Positions 1 to 9,527 of a stretch of DNA of 64,000 nucleotides are shown one piece after another. The notes under the pieces were generated by a model, which saw only the letters and a list, made by a program, of their open reading frames with translations, had not been told where the DNA came from and did no database searches. Positions within the stretch are counted from its first letter, which is position 1. Each line of letters opens with the position of its first letter. Source of the stretch: an uncultured cyanobacterium (lineage in GTDB: Bacteria; Cyanobacteriota; Cyanobacteriia; PCC-9006; JAAUQQ01); contig OY970368.1 of NCBI GenBank assembly GCA_963718615.1, forward strand, positions 4,832,001 through 4,896,000. Reading direction: 5' to 3'. A program made the translations under genes and the position numbers.

Positions 1-2
1 TC

Positions 3-935
3 CTGGGGAGTGATCCCTGGGGGCTAGCCCTGGCGCAGATCTTGGCCCGATTGGGCTGCTCAGTCACAGTGGTGACCCAGCGATCGCATCTGCTGCCCCA
101 TTTTGACCCAGAGTTGTCTACGCTACTGGTGGGGTTACTCACTGCTGCGGGCGTGACGCTTCGATTAGGAGTTTGCTCCGTGCAATTAATGGCAGTACAA
201 CCAGCGGAGCTCCAGGTGGATGGGCAAATCCTAGGGGCTGAGCGGTTGCTGGTGGCAACGGGCTGGCGATCGCACTGGGACGGACTCAATGGAGCAGAGA
301 TGGGGCTGGCGGAGCTAGGTCTGGTCAAGGCAGAAACCTTGGTTCCTCACCACCTATCGGTCGATGCCCATCTGCGGACGGCTCACCGACAAATCTACGC
401 CTGTGGAACGGCCTTAGGGGGAACGGGGTTGGATGGCATCGCCTACCACGAAGCCCAAGTCGCCACCCGCAATGCCCTCTGGGGAAACTGGTGGCAGCCT
501 CAGTATGTCACACAACCCGAAGTCCTCTGGACGGTCCCAGGCGCGGTGCGGCTAGGGCTCACAGAGCCCCAGGCAAAAGCGTTGTATCCCCATCAAGTTC
601 GGATCCTGCGAACCTATCCCAAGGACAATTTGCAGGCACATCTGATGGACGCTACCACGGGCCTCTGCAAGCTTGTTCTGAGCACGTCGGGTCAGCTGTT
701 GGGGGCACATCTGATGGGAGCACAGGTTTTGGAATGGAGTGGGGCGATCGCCCTAGCCCTGCAAAAAAACGGTTCCATCCAGGATCTGGCACGCTTGCCT
801 ATGCTCCATCCCAGTTTCAGTACCCTGATCCGAGAAGCCGCCGCCCAATACCGCTGGCAGCGCTTGGCAGAGCGTCCCCGCCGGGAGGATCTACTGGAAC
901 GGTTTTTTAACTGGCGACGGACCGGAGGAATTTAA
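3..935 (+). CDS. FAD-dependent pyridine nucleotide-disulfide oxidoreductase (mercuric reductase/LpdA-like), 5' end outside window
   Basis: Frame open from base 3; LLVATG, VDAHLRT..IYACG, GLTEPQAK, GQLLGAH dimerisation-domain motifs, HPS near C-terminus. Confidence 0.8.
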   Translation: MGSDPWGLALAQILARLGCSVTVVTQRSHLLPHFDPELSTLLVGLLTAAGVTLRLGVCSVQLMAVQPAELQVDGQILGAERLLVATGWRSHWDGLNGAEMGLAELGLVKAETLVPHHLSVDAHLRTAHRQIYACGTALGGTGLDGIAYHEAQVATRNALWGNWWQPQYVTQPEVLWTVPGAVRLGLTEPQAKALYPHQVRILRTYPKDNLQAHLMDATTGLCKLVLSTSGQLLGAHLMGAQVLEWSGAIALALQKNGSIQDLARLPMLHPSFSTLIREAAAQYRWQRLAERPRREDLLERFFNWRRTGGI

Positions 936-998
936 CCCTCCATCCTTTATCCTTAAGACTTCATCCTTACCCGCCTTAGCGCTGTTAACTTTTTTGCC

Positions 999-1721
999 AT
1001 GGACCGCTGCCGCGTCGAAGTCATCTCTCAAACCCCGAACCCGCAGCAAACGATCTACGCTGCCATGCACCAGGACTATAGCGAGAATTTTGTCGTGGAT
1101 GAGCGGGAGACCTGGCCCGATGAAGCCCAAGCGGGGGAGGTGGTGGTCAAGCATCTGTTGGCGGGAGAGCGGGGTCACTATGGCCCGCTGGAGCATCCGC
1201 AAATTGTCTTAAATTGCGGTTATTTTCCCCACAGCGTCATGCAGCAGGCTCGTACTCACCGTGTCGGAATCAGTTTTGATGTTCAATCTTCAAGGTATAC
1301 CGGGAAAAGGGTTGTAGAATCCGCTACCGGAGAGCGAGAGATCGAGGACATTTTTTATCTGCGGCCCGTGGGGGATTATCGCGATCGCCAGGGCAAGCGC
1401 TACCACTACTCCGCCGAGCAACGGCAACGGGATCTCGACTGGTGCATCGAAGCCGCTAAGCGCTATGCTGCTGACCTGGAAGCGGGCTGGTCTGAGGAAC
1501 ATGCGCGGGGCAAATTGCCATTTGATTATCGCCAGCATTTTGTCATGAGTTTGAATGTGCGATCGTTTATGCATTTCCTCGATCTGCGTAGCAAGAAAGA
1601 TGCTCAGTTGGAAATACAACGACTGTGCGATTTGATGTGGCCCCATTTTCAGGCTTGGGTTCCGGCGATCGCCCAATGGTACGCAGACACTCGCCTCCAC
1701 AAAGCCCGCCTTTCGCCCTAG
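999..1721 (+). CDS. thyX: FAD-dependent thymidylate synthase
   Basis: GHYGPLEH, RTHRVGISFDVQSSRY ThyX signature, HFLDLR..KDAQLEI. Confidence 0.95.
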   Translation: MDRCRVEVISQTPNPQQTIYAAMHQDYSENFVVDERETWPDEAQAGEVVVKHLLAGERGHYGPLEHPQIVLNCGYFPHSVMQQARTHRVGISFDVQSSRYTGKRVVESATGEREIEDIFYLRPVGDYRDRQGKRYHYSAEQRQRDLDWCIEAAKRYAADLEAGWSEEHARGKLPFDYRQHFVMSLNVRSFMHFLDLRSKKDAQLEIQRLCDLMWPHFQAWVPAIAQWYADTRLHKARLSP

Positions 1722-1746
1722 GAAACGTTCGACGATTGCGCTGGAA

Positions 1747-1900
1747 ATGCCGCCGCGTTTGGGAGTGGAGGTGGTGAGCCCTGGGGCGATCGCGCGGACG
1801 CGGGACTATGAGCGCAAGCGGGCGCAGTATGAGGCGATCGGCATCCCCGCATATTGGATTATTGATCCGGAGCAGCAGGCGGCGTTTTTTCTGAGCTGCG
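1747..1900 (+). pseudogene. Uma2-family (DUF820) endonuclease C-terminal fragment
   Basis: PRLGVEVVSPG..RDYERKRAQYEAIGIPAYWIIDP; N-terminal half absent; end coordinate approximate. Confidence 0.75.
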
Positions 1901-2305
1901 GGCTGGGGCTGATGGATCTTCATCGACCTGATGAAGAGGCGGGGCGGTTTGCCGGAACAAGCCTTATTTCTTCAGGTTTATTTTCCCAGGCCTACTGCAG
2001 GTGGGACAGCTGTTCGCGGAACCTAGACTTACCTGAACAATGGCAAACTGGACACAATCTTTTATTGTAAAGGGACTCGCTTAACAACACAAACCCTAAC
2101 AATAGCAGCCCGAAAAACGTACCACTTAAACTCAGCGACTAAAGCCAGAAATGGACTGAACAAAAAACTAGATACCGCTAGCGGAGTCTAACGGGTTGCT
2201 ATAACGGGCACAAGCACAAGTTTAAAATGCCCAACCACCTGGGTGATTTGAACGTCCCCATGCGTATGGCAAAGTTGGGTAAAAGAGTAATGCTTTCAGC
2301 ACAAA

Positions 2306-2344
2306 AGGATATAATAAACGTCCTAAGGACGTTTATTATATCCT
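2306..2344. repeat. Perfect inverted repeat, 19-bp arms, 1-bp centre
   Basis: AGGATATAATAAACGTCCT-A-AGGACGTTTATTATATCCT. Confidence 0.95.
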
Positions 2345-2395
2345 CAATCATCAAGGCAGTCAACTACCATACGGGCGTCTGACAACCCTCCCCTC

Positions 2396-2457
2396 TTGAC
2401 AAAGTATTTGATTATTGCTAGGATGAATGTCCTAAGGACATTCATCCTAGCAATAAT
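2396..2457 (+). promoter_or_regulatory. Sigma70-type promoter overlapped by a perfect 23-bp-arm inverted repeat (putative antitoxin operator)
   Basis: TTGACA (2396-2401), 17-bp spacer, TAGGAT (2419-2424); ATTATTGCTAGGATGAATGTCCT-A-AGGACATTCATCCTAGCAATAAT at 2411-2457. Confidence 0.75.
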
Positions 2458-2491
2458 ATTTATAGTTGTGCCTTTTTGACTGTCAGCTATT

Positions 2492-3379
2492 ATGCAAGCC
2501 GTAAAAGCAATCACATTATCACTAGGCAATTTAGATCAGCCCGTCATCTCTAAGTATCGGTTTGGATTAACCGTAAACAAAATATACCGAAGCAAGGTTT
2601 ATGGTGGTGAAACTGTAAATCTCCACAAGGACTTTGCAGAAAAAGCAGACATTTCTAAATACTTGAATTTACTACTAGATGAAGGAATTTTGTTTCCTCA
2701 TAAGAATCTCTCTAGTATTTTTACTCTTCTTGGTCGATCTGATGGCGATCCTGAGGATATAGCCTGTACAGTTGACCCTTTTTGCTATATTTCTCATTTA
2801 AGCGCTATGTCATATCATGGTTTAACAGATCGAATACCAGGAAAACTATTTATATCTTCCCCTCCAGATTATACTTGGCGTTCTTTTGCAAAAGAGAAAA
2901 TGCAGAAAGATCTTGGCGATGATTTTGAAAGTTATTGTGAGCATGGACTGCCAAAACTTGTTCGAATAAACATGAATAAGATTAATAGGACAGATATTCA
3001 TTGTCTGAGTTCTAAACATTTGGGAGCATATAAGAATGTTAAGGGAAGACCTCTTAGAGTTTCGACAATAGGAAGAACATTTCTTGACATGTTAAGAAAG
3101 CCTGAGCTATGTGGAGGTATCAACCATGTATTGCATGTATTTGACGAGTATGGAGAGAAATATCTCAGATTGATTACTGACGACATTGATAAAAACGGAA
3201 AACCTATCGATAAGGTTAGGGCTGGATATATTCTGAATGAGCGTTTAGGTATTACTAATGAGGTTATTGAAGGTTGGTCTTCAATTGCACAAAGGGGCGG
3301 CTCGAGAAAGCTTGATCCAAGTTCAGAATACATTCCCGAATGGTCAGACAAATGGAAAATTTCTTTGAACGTTTTTTAG
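2492..3379 (+). CDS. Type IV toxin-antitoxin AbiEi-like antitoxin/transcriptional regulator
   Basis: YISHLSAMSYHGLTDRIP and VSTIGRTFLDML..PELCGG motifs; directly upstream of AbiEii-like gene; AT-rich. Confidence 0.8.
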   Translation: MQAVKAITLSLGNLDQPVISKYRFGLTVNKIYRSKVYGGETVNLHKDFAEKADISKYLNLLLDEGILFPHKNLSSIFTLLGRSDGDPEDIACTVDPFCYISHLSAMSYHGLTDRIPGKLFISSPPDYTWRSFAKEKMQKDLGDDFESYCEHGLPKLVRINMNKINRTDIHCLSSKHLGAYKNVKGRPLRVSTIGRTFLDMLRKPELCGGINHVLHVFDEYGEKYLRLITDDIDKNGKPIDKVRAGYILNERLGITNEVIEGWSSIAQRGGSRKLDPSSEYIPEWSDKWKISLNVF

Positions 3380-3388
3380 GGATAGTAA

Positions 3389-4258
3389 TTGATGAGTAAA
3401 ATTGATGAATGTGATATCAATGACTGGGTTAAATGTGCACCAACTGAAGACAACAGAAAGTTTCGTGAGGCTGTACATACTATCTTGTTGGCAATTGCTT
3501 CAGATGTAACATTGAAGACAAGCATGATTTTGAAAGGTGGTATTCTTTTGGCTATCCGATATAACAGTCATCGCTATACAAAAGATATAGATTTCTCTAC
3601 TGATAAAAAGCTTGGTGGTGAGATTACTAAAGATAGTATCCGTGCATTATTGGATAGTAGCCTAGCACTGATGGTTGAAAAATTTGATTATGATTTAGAT
3701 TGTCGTGTGCAAAGTATTGAGTTACAGCCAAGAGATCCTAACTCTACATATCCATCGATGAAAATCAAAGTAGGATATGCATATAAAGGTACGTCTCAAC
3801 ACAAGCGATTATTATCTCTGCGATCATCAGATATCGTATCAATTGATTATAGTTTGAATGAAGAAACTCCTAATGTTGAAGATTTCAAACTGGATCTTAA
3901 AGAAGAAATTTTGATTTATTCATTAACAGACTTGATTGCCGAAAAGTATCGCTCATTACTACAGCAGGTTTCAAGAAATAGAAAGCGTAGACAAGATGTT
4001 TATGACTTATATTTGCTTATAGAGAATTTAAAGGATATTGATGACATTGAAAAATCCAAAGTTTTAGATTCCTTGATTAGTAAGTCGGAAGCTAGAAAAA
4101 TTTTTCCAGATATAAATTCATTTGACGACCCAGAACTAAAATCTAGAGCTCAAGAAGACTACCCAACACTTAGAGATGAAATAGAGGGTGAGCTTCCAGA
4201 CTTCAATGAACTATTTCACAAAGTTGCTGATTTCTATAAGTTATTGCCATGGTTATAG
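3389..4258 (+). CDS. AbiEii/AbiGii-family nucleotidyltransferase toxin
   Basis: LKGG..L....RYTKDIDFS, IAEKYRSLL, RRQDVYDL motifs. Confidence 0.88.
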   Translation: MMSKIDECDINDWVKCAPTEDNRKFREAVHTILLAIASDVTLKTSMILKGGILLAIRYNSHRYTKDIDFSTDKKLGGEITKDSIRALLDSSLALMVEKFDYDLDCRVQSIELQPRDPNSTYPSMKIKVGYAYKGTSQHKRLLSLRSSDIVSIDYSLNEETPNVEDFKLDLKEEILIYSLTDLIAEKYRSLLQQVSRNRKRRQDVYDLYLLIENLKDIDDIEKSKVLDSLISKSEARKIFPDINSFDDPELKSRAQEDYPTLRDEIEGELPDFNELFHKVADFYKLLPWL

Positions 4259-4369
4259 CCATATTAGATAATTGAAGGGTAATTATTTGTTGATATTACT
4301 CATAATTTGAGTCAATAGATTCTGGCTTGGAAATGAAGTTAGATAAGTATAATCTCCTGAACAGGAGAC

Positions 4370-4452
4370 ACCTAACGACCAAGTTGAGCGGCAATTGGAA
4401 AATTGTAACCGAAGTAAAAAGATTTCGTATGCCGCTCCAACGACTTTATGGG
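4370..4452. other. Degenerate attC-like site
   Basis: ACCTAAC (RYYYAAC), then AAGTTGAGCGGC pairing with GCCGCTCCAACGACTT with unpaired extra bases; the terminal GTTRRRY is degenerate. Confidence 0.5.
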
Positions 4453-4538
4453 GAGATGAGAACCTAAAAAGACAAGGAGACGACCATGCATCGCGCGACA
4501 GCAAGCATGTCTATAACATATGTTAGACAGTCAGTATC

Positions 4539-5024
4539 TCAGCCACAGCGCGCCGCCTCGATCATGGCGATGTCAATCTTTCGCATCGTCATCATCGCAT
4601 TGAACGCGCGCTTGGCGACAGCAGGGTCGGGATCGGCGATCGCTTCTGTCAGTGCCAGCGGCGTGATCTGCCACGACAATCCCCACTTGTCTTTGCACCA
4701 GCCGCAGGCACTCTCTTGTCCGCCATTGCCGACGATCGCGTTCCAATAGTGATCCGTTTCGGACTGGTCAGCGGTTGCGACCTGAAACGAGAATGCTTCG
4801 TTGTGCTTGAACGCAGTTCCTCCGTTGAGACCGAGGCACGGAATACCCATTACGGTGAACAAGACGGTCAACACATCTCCTTCCTTCCCGGACGGAAAGT
4901 CCCCCGGCGCGCGTTGCACAGCATCAACGGAAGAATCTGGAAAGGTAGCGGCGTAAAACCGTGCCGCGTCCTCGGCGCTCCCGTCATACCAAAGGCAAAC
5001 CCTGTTCTTTTCTGTCTTTGTCAA
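4539..5024 (-). CDS. VOC-family protein (PhnB/3-demethylubiquinone methyltransferase-like)
   Basis: CLWYD..AEDAARFY, LNGG..F..NEAFSF, CGWCKDKWGLSWQI. Confidence 0.9.
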   Translation of the reverse strand: MTKTEKNRVCLWYDGSAEDAARFYAATFPDSSVDAVQRAPGDFPSGKEGDVLTVLFTVMGIPCLGLNGGTAFKHNEAFSFQVATADQSETDHYWNAIVGNGGQESACGWCKDKWGLSWQITPLALTEAIADPDPAVAKRAFNAMMTMRKIDIAMIEAARCG

Positions 5025-5137
5025 GTTGCTTCTCCATTGAGCTTAGAATTAATGATTCCAGAGACTTGGGTGCGTCGTGCTGGTTAACATCTGCTCTAAC
5101 CCAGCACGAAATGATTTTCTTAAATTCGCCTTTCAAG

Positions 5138-5518
5138 CTATTTCATTGAGTACAAGCCAAACATGTTGCCTTCAGAATCTATAGCCAGAGCAATAAAGCC
5201 ATATTCGCCAATAGACCTTTTAGGCTTTTGGATTTGTCCTCCCGCTGCTTCAACTTTAGATGCTTCGATGGCACAATCTTCACATGAGAAATAAATCAAA
5301 GTACTACTTCCACCAGCTTTAACGCCCTCCATTTTGACAAGAGCACCGCTAGCACCATACTTCTCCATATCCGACGGAAATGACAACATTTCGATGCTGG
5401 TATCATTGGGGTCACCCAATACATCCAAATTCACACTCAGCACGGATTCATAAAACTGCTTGGCCCTAGCTAAATCATCTACATAGATTTCAAACCAAGC
5501 TACAGGATTATTTGCCAT
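5138..5518 (-). CDS. VOC/glyoxalase family protein
   Basis: NPVAWFEIYVDDLARAKQFY ... DSEGNMFGLYS; ATG with GAGGAG RBS. Confidence 0.88.
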   Translation of the reverse strand: MANNPVAWFEIYVDDLARAKQFYESVLSVNLDVLGDPNDTSIEMLSFPSDMEKYGASGALVKMEGVKAGGSSTLIYFSCEDCAIEASKVEAAGGQIQKPKRSIGEYGFIALAIDSEGNMFGLYSMK

Positions 5519-5543
5519 GAGATTTCTCCTCAATAATTATTCG

Positions 5544-5855
5544 TTAGCTGCTTCTTGCTTCAACATGCTTTTGAAGTTATTTAGAATTCCAAGCCAACCT
5601 TGCCTTTGCTGTTCCGCAGAATTCTCATCCTCTGCCTCACAGGCTTCAATTCCCCTTATAGTTAAACCCGATTGAGCCGTCTTTAGCTTTCATCCAATAG
5701 TTGAATTTACCGCCCACTTCTAGATTAATTTCTGCCGATGGGCAACACCAATCTTCAATAGCAAAATTCCAACTGGTAATATCATCTGGTGTTATCCATG
5801 CATCCCAGACTTCACTTAAAGGCGCTGCTACTTCTGTTTCAATTGTAATTTTCAT
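5544..5855 (-). pseudogene. SRPBCC/AHSA1-like protein with internal deletion/frameshift
   Basis: MKITIETEVAAP..VWDAW..PDDITSWN stops at 5646; the C-terminus EAEDENSAEQQRQGWLGILNNFKKHVE lies in another frame. Confidence 0.8.
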
Positions 5856-5950
5856 GTATGACCTTACTTCTGAGTTTGAGGCAGCTAACTTTTGCGAGGC
5901 TAGCAGCACGGTTGACTGAGTATATAGAATACTGCGTTCGCTCAACTCTC

Positions 5951-6304
5951 TTATTCATCTACAACCATTTGAAAACTACCGAAGATCAGGCGGCTTCCGT
6001 CGAAAGGCATTGGATTACTCTCGTCATTTATGCGAGAGTCCTTCATGACTTTTTCCATGCCAGAGTCTCTCGCCTCTCGTGAGGGCCATGATATCCAAGA
6101 AAAGACAACGGTTTCATCGCCTTTACACTGTACTGCCATCGGGAATGATGTTTTCTCTCCAGGTGGGACATCATCTCCCCAACATTCCACCAGCCGAGTT
6201 GCTCCATGCTCTTTGAATACTGCCGCAGCTTCACGGGCATGCTGGATGTAAGTTTCCTTGTTTATTGTCGGTACCGCAACTACAAAGCCTTCGATGTATT
6301 CCAT
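5951..6304 (-). CDS. DUF1428 (YbaA-like) protein
   Basis: YIEGFVVAVP, VECWGDDVP.G..TSF, VVFSWISWPS, MPFDG.RLIFG. Confidence 0.9.
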   Translation of the reverse strand: MEYIEGFVVAVPTINKETYIQHAREAAAVFKEHGATRLVECWGDDVPPGEKTSFPMAVQCKGDETVVFSWISWPSREARDSGMEKVMKDSRINDESNPMPFDGSRLIFGSFQMVVDE

Positions 6305-6715
6305 CACCGCCTCCTAAAAGATATGATTTGGCTTGACGTCTAATTTCCTTGGAGCTGACAGCACGGAGAGCCCGCCTAAGCAACGCATAGAGCGCCCAAG
6401 CAGCTATACATGCCGAGATTCAATACAGAACAATAGTACTATGAAATTAAAAATCTGCCTACCCAACCATCTGTAAAGATTTGCAAAAGAAGGGTACAAG
6501 CTTTTCAGGAGTTGGAATTTTGATCTTCCCCCGATACCTCAAACGAGCCTGAAAGTTCTGGAAGCGCCAACAACGCCTCCGTTGCCGCTAGTGTATCTGG
6601 ACCTGAAATCGCAATTTGAATATTATTCACAACCCATCTCCTCATTTAATCAATCGCCTTTCATCATAATTGTCTCTCCCCGACAATCAGACAGATCAGG
6701 CTGTCGCGCGATCGC

Positions 6716-6800
6716 GAAGATGGCGTCTTCGAGGTCTTTTTCGAGGTAGCGATCGTTTAAATCGAGAAAATCCAGGATGTAGGGATTTTTGAGCAGAATG
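6716..6800 (-). pseudogene. YhcG/DUF1016 PDDEXK nuclease fragment
   Basis: LKNPYILDFLDL...EKDLEDAI only; boundaries approximate. Confidence 0.6.
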
Positions 6801-6866
6801 TTGGGGGTGGGTTGTTGGGTTTGGCGGAGTGGGTTGAGGTCATGTAGGTTTTGGGTGACGGGAAGT

Positions 6867-7400
6867 TTAACGGTGTTGCTGGGCGAAGTGGTCTTGGAGT
6901 TCGCGGTGGATGAAGCGGTAGCGACCGCCGATGCGTTGGAGGAGGCGGCGTTCGGTACAGTAATTGAAAAATCTCTCAAGTTGCCAAGGTGCTTTTCTAG
7001 TTGCAAGTAGCACGATCCTCAACGCTAGATGCTTCATCAATGACAAACAGATTAAGTTTGCAAGAACAAATCCAAGCAGACAGATTAAAAACGTTTTGAA
7101 GGAAGCATCAACAATAACTGTTTGACAGTAAAAAAAAGGAAAAAACCAAGCTAGACATGCTGCTGCCTTCAACTTTTCTTCTCGGCCTCTGGTATATCCA
7201 ACATATGGACTAAGTTCTGACGTCCAAACGCTCAACACTGTCGCAAGGGAAAAAACAAACAAGAACAGCACTAGGAAAAACCAGAAAAATGGAAGAAGCG
7301 GTAGCCAAAAAATCACCTTTCCTGTCGTATTTAGACTCTCAAAAATATACAATTGCAGATATTCCTCACAAGAGACATAGAAAAAGCGTAATGCCAATAA
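6867..7400 (-). pseudogene. C-terminal (transmembrane plus conserved tail) part of the interrupted NACHT protein
   Basis: Hydrophobic helices then HLALRIVL....APWQLERFFNYCTERRLLQRIGGRYRFIHRELQDHFA, typical tail of cyanobacterial TM-NACHT proteins. Confidence 0.85.
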
Positions 7401-7759
7401 CAATACTCCGGACAGTTTTTGGGCTCCCGGCGAGGAAAGCTACCCATCATATAGAGTGTATTCACAACCAAGCAAATAAACAGATGGATAGCCTTAAAGA
7501 GATCCTAACCCGGATTTCTCACCAGGGCGGATAGAGAGTATCAGGCTTGCCCGAAATGAGATGAGCAGTCTGTTGACTCGAGCAATAGAGGATGCCTGAG
7601 GCATCTTTCAGGCTGTCTATGCTGTAAAGGTAGTCATTGTGCTCTAGATATGGGGCTTCAGGCAGATTTTGAGCAGGTCAAAGCAAGGGTGTGTAATCTC
7701 ACCCTTGGAGAGTCGTTGAATTAAAGTCGGAGCGAAAGGCTAGAGTTCTACTCATCGGT

Positions 7760-9253
7760 CTATCCTGGCCTAGGGAGTCGTCTGCGCAACTGTTGTGCTG
7801 CCGCTTCAAAGAGGGTTTGTATGGGCGAAGCGAAAGTGAATGCGACGAGAATGCGCCTGACAGAGATGCGAACCTGTGCGCCAAGCTTGAGCAGCTTGCG
7901 TCGAATGGTGCCCAGAGTCGCATCAGCGAGTTCAGTTTTGGCGAGTGCCTTGAGGCGCAGGGCCTGCATCAAGACATAGGCGAAGGATGAAAACCAGAGT
8001 CTGAGCTGATTGCTTTCAAAGTCATGGGTGGAGGTGCGGTCGCTGAAGAGGTCAAGCTGATGCTCCTTGATGCGATTTTCCATCTCTCCTCGCGGACAGT
8101 AATAATCGCGGTGAAGGTGAGCGGGATGGGCCTGCTGTGCTGTCAAAGAGGTGACAACGAAATGGCGACGTGGGCCATTGCCATCGTAGGTGAGCTTGCA
8201 AATGACGCGACGCTCACAGCTCCAGGATTTAAGCGTGGCATAGCTCAAGGACTGATGCCAAACCTGGGGCGGAACCAAGCGGTTGAGTTCAGCCTCTAGT
8301 TCACTTGCACTCTGCTCTAACAGAGGTTCTAAGGTGGCAGCAACCGTTTGGCGCTGGGCCTCATAAACGGCTTTGGCTCGCTGTTCTAACCCCCAAGTCA
8401 ATTGGCGCAAGCGCTCATTGCTGCTGTGGGCAAAAACAAAGTCCACCTGGGCTTCACCTTCACACCACAGCATGATGTCATCTCGGCTGTAAGCACTATC
8501 GCCGCGCACCAGAATCTTCACCTTCGGCCAATGACCTCGAATCTGAGCCACGATGCGTTGGAGTTCTTCTAACGCTCCCGCTGCGGGGTCCACATTGGCC
8601 GGTCGCAGTTTTGCACTCAACAAATGGCGACCACTGAAGATGAGCAACGGGGTGTAGCAGTCATGGCGGTAATACCCATTGAACGCTGAACCTTCCTGGG
8701 TGCCATGGGTGGGGTCATCGGTGACATCCATGTCCAGGATGATTTGTTTCGGTTCACCTTCGAGTTGTTCGATGAATAGCTCCACCAAGAGCGCCTCGAT
8801 GGCAGCCGGGTCCAGGCTCAGTTTCACGTAGCGCGAATCTGACAAGTCGCGGGGGACATGCATCGCTTGCTCCAATCGGTTGAGGGTGCTCTTGCCCGCT
8901 AACGGTGCACAGCGCGGATGCTGGCTTTCTAACTGACCCAGAACTACCCCAAATAATCGCTCATGCCGAAGGTCGTCATGGTCATTCACGTCCTCGTAGC
9001 CTTGCACCAATCCATAAAGCCGTTGCCCGAGCAGCGTTTTCAATTCATGTTGCACCCGGCTGCCATCGCGGTGATCCGTAAAGCACTCGGACAGCCGCTC
9101 ACTGATTCGATATAGCTGGTCGATTTCTCGAATTAGCAGCAGCCCTCCATCACTGCTGAGCTCACCACCGCTAAAGTTCGCTACTATCTTGCGTTGATTC
9201 AGGCGTCCAAACTCGTAGCTTGGCAAGTTACACTCTGTTTGGGTCGGGGCCAT
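7760..9253 (-). CDS. IS1380-family DDE transposase
   Basis: FSGGELSSDGGLLL, LDMDVTDDPTHG.QE, VRGDSAY, YCPRGEMENRIKE, NQLRLWFSSFAY. Confidence 0.95.
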   Translation of the reverse strand: MAPTQTECNLPSYEFGRLNQRKIVANFSGGELSSDGGLLLIREIDQLYRISERLSECFTDHRDGSRVQHELKTLLGQRLYGLVQGYEDVNDHDDLRHERLFGVVLGQLESQHPRCAPLAGKSTLNRLEQAMHVPRDLSDSRYVKLSLDPAAIEALLVELFIEQLEGEPKQIILDMDVTDDPTHGTQEGSAFNGYYRHDCYTPLLIFSGRHLLSAKLRPANVDPAAGALEELQRIVAQIRGHWPKVKILVRGDSAYSRDDIMLWCEGEAQVDFVFAHSSNERLRQLTWGLEQRAKAVYEAQRQTVAATLEPLLEQSASELEAELNRLVPPQVWHQSLSYATLKSWSCERRVICKLTYDGNGPRRHFVVTSLTAQQAHPAHLHRDYYCPRGEMENRIKEHQLDLFSDRTSTHDFESNQLRLWFSSFAYVLMQALRLKALAKTELADATLGTIRRKLLKLGAQVRISVRRILVAFTFASPIQTLFEAAAQQLRRRLPRPG

Positions 9254-9278
9254 CTTTGCAAACCGCTGAATGTCTTGT

Positions 9279-9396
9279 GGTTATTACATTCTCGCTGGTT
9301 GGTGACCCCGATCCCTCGGCACTGGTGAGATATCCGGGTTATTACATTCTCGCTGGTTGGTGACCCCGATCCCTCGGCACTGGTGAGATATCCGGG
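9279..9396. repeat. 58-bp tandem duplication of the IS1380 terminus
   Basis: Unit GGTTATTACATTCTCGCTGG...GGTGAGATATCCG starts at 9279 and again at 9337. Confidence 0.92.
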
Positions 9397-9527
9397 CTCA
9401 ACCAACATCTCCTCGAACGCTTTATTTCTCACTTCGACCTTGACCCGAGTTTGATTAAATCAACACCAGAATGGTTAAACCTATGCCAGTACGGCACTAT
9501 CACCTCTTAAAACTGTCCGGAGTGTTG

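Larger units (their letters stand above)
7509..9396 (-). mobile_element. IS1380-family insertion sequence
   Basis: Terminal IRs CCCGGATTTCTCACCAG / CCCGGATATCTCACCAG flanking the transposase. Confidence 0.85.
7401..9527. mobile_element. MITE-like element (about 240 bp of own sequence) carrying a nested IS1380
   Basis: Terminal IRs CAATACTCCGGACAGTTTT / CAACACTCCGGACAGTTTT (18/19); 6-bp target duplication CAATAA at 7395-7400 and 9528-9533. Confidence 0.8.

Noticed and set aside
6480-6640. Short minus-strand frame VNNIQIAISGPDTLAATEALLALPELSGSFEV
   Set aside because: Possibly a gene remnant, but too short to assign.
6650-7006. 118-aa ORF in the ORF track
   Set aside because: Mostly an alternative frame of the NACHT tail running into a YhcG fragment; not a coherent gene.
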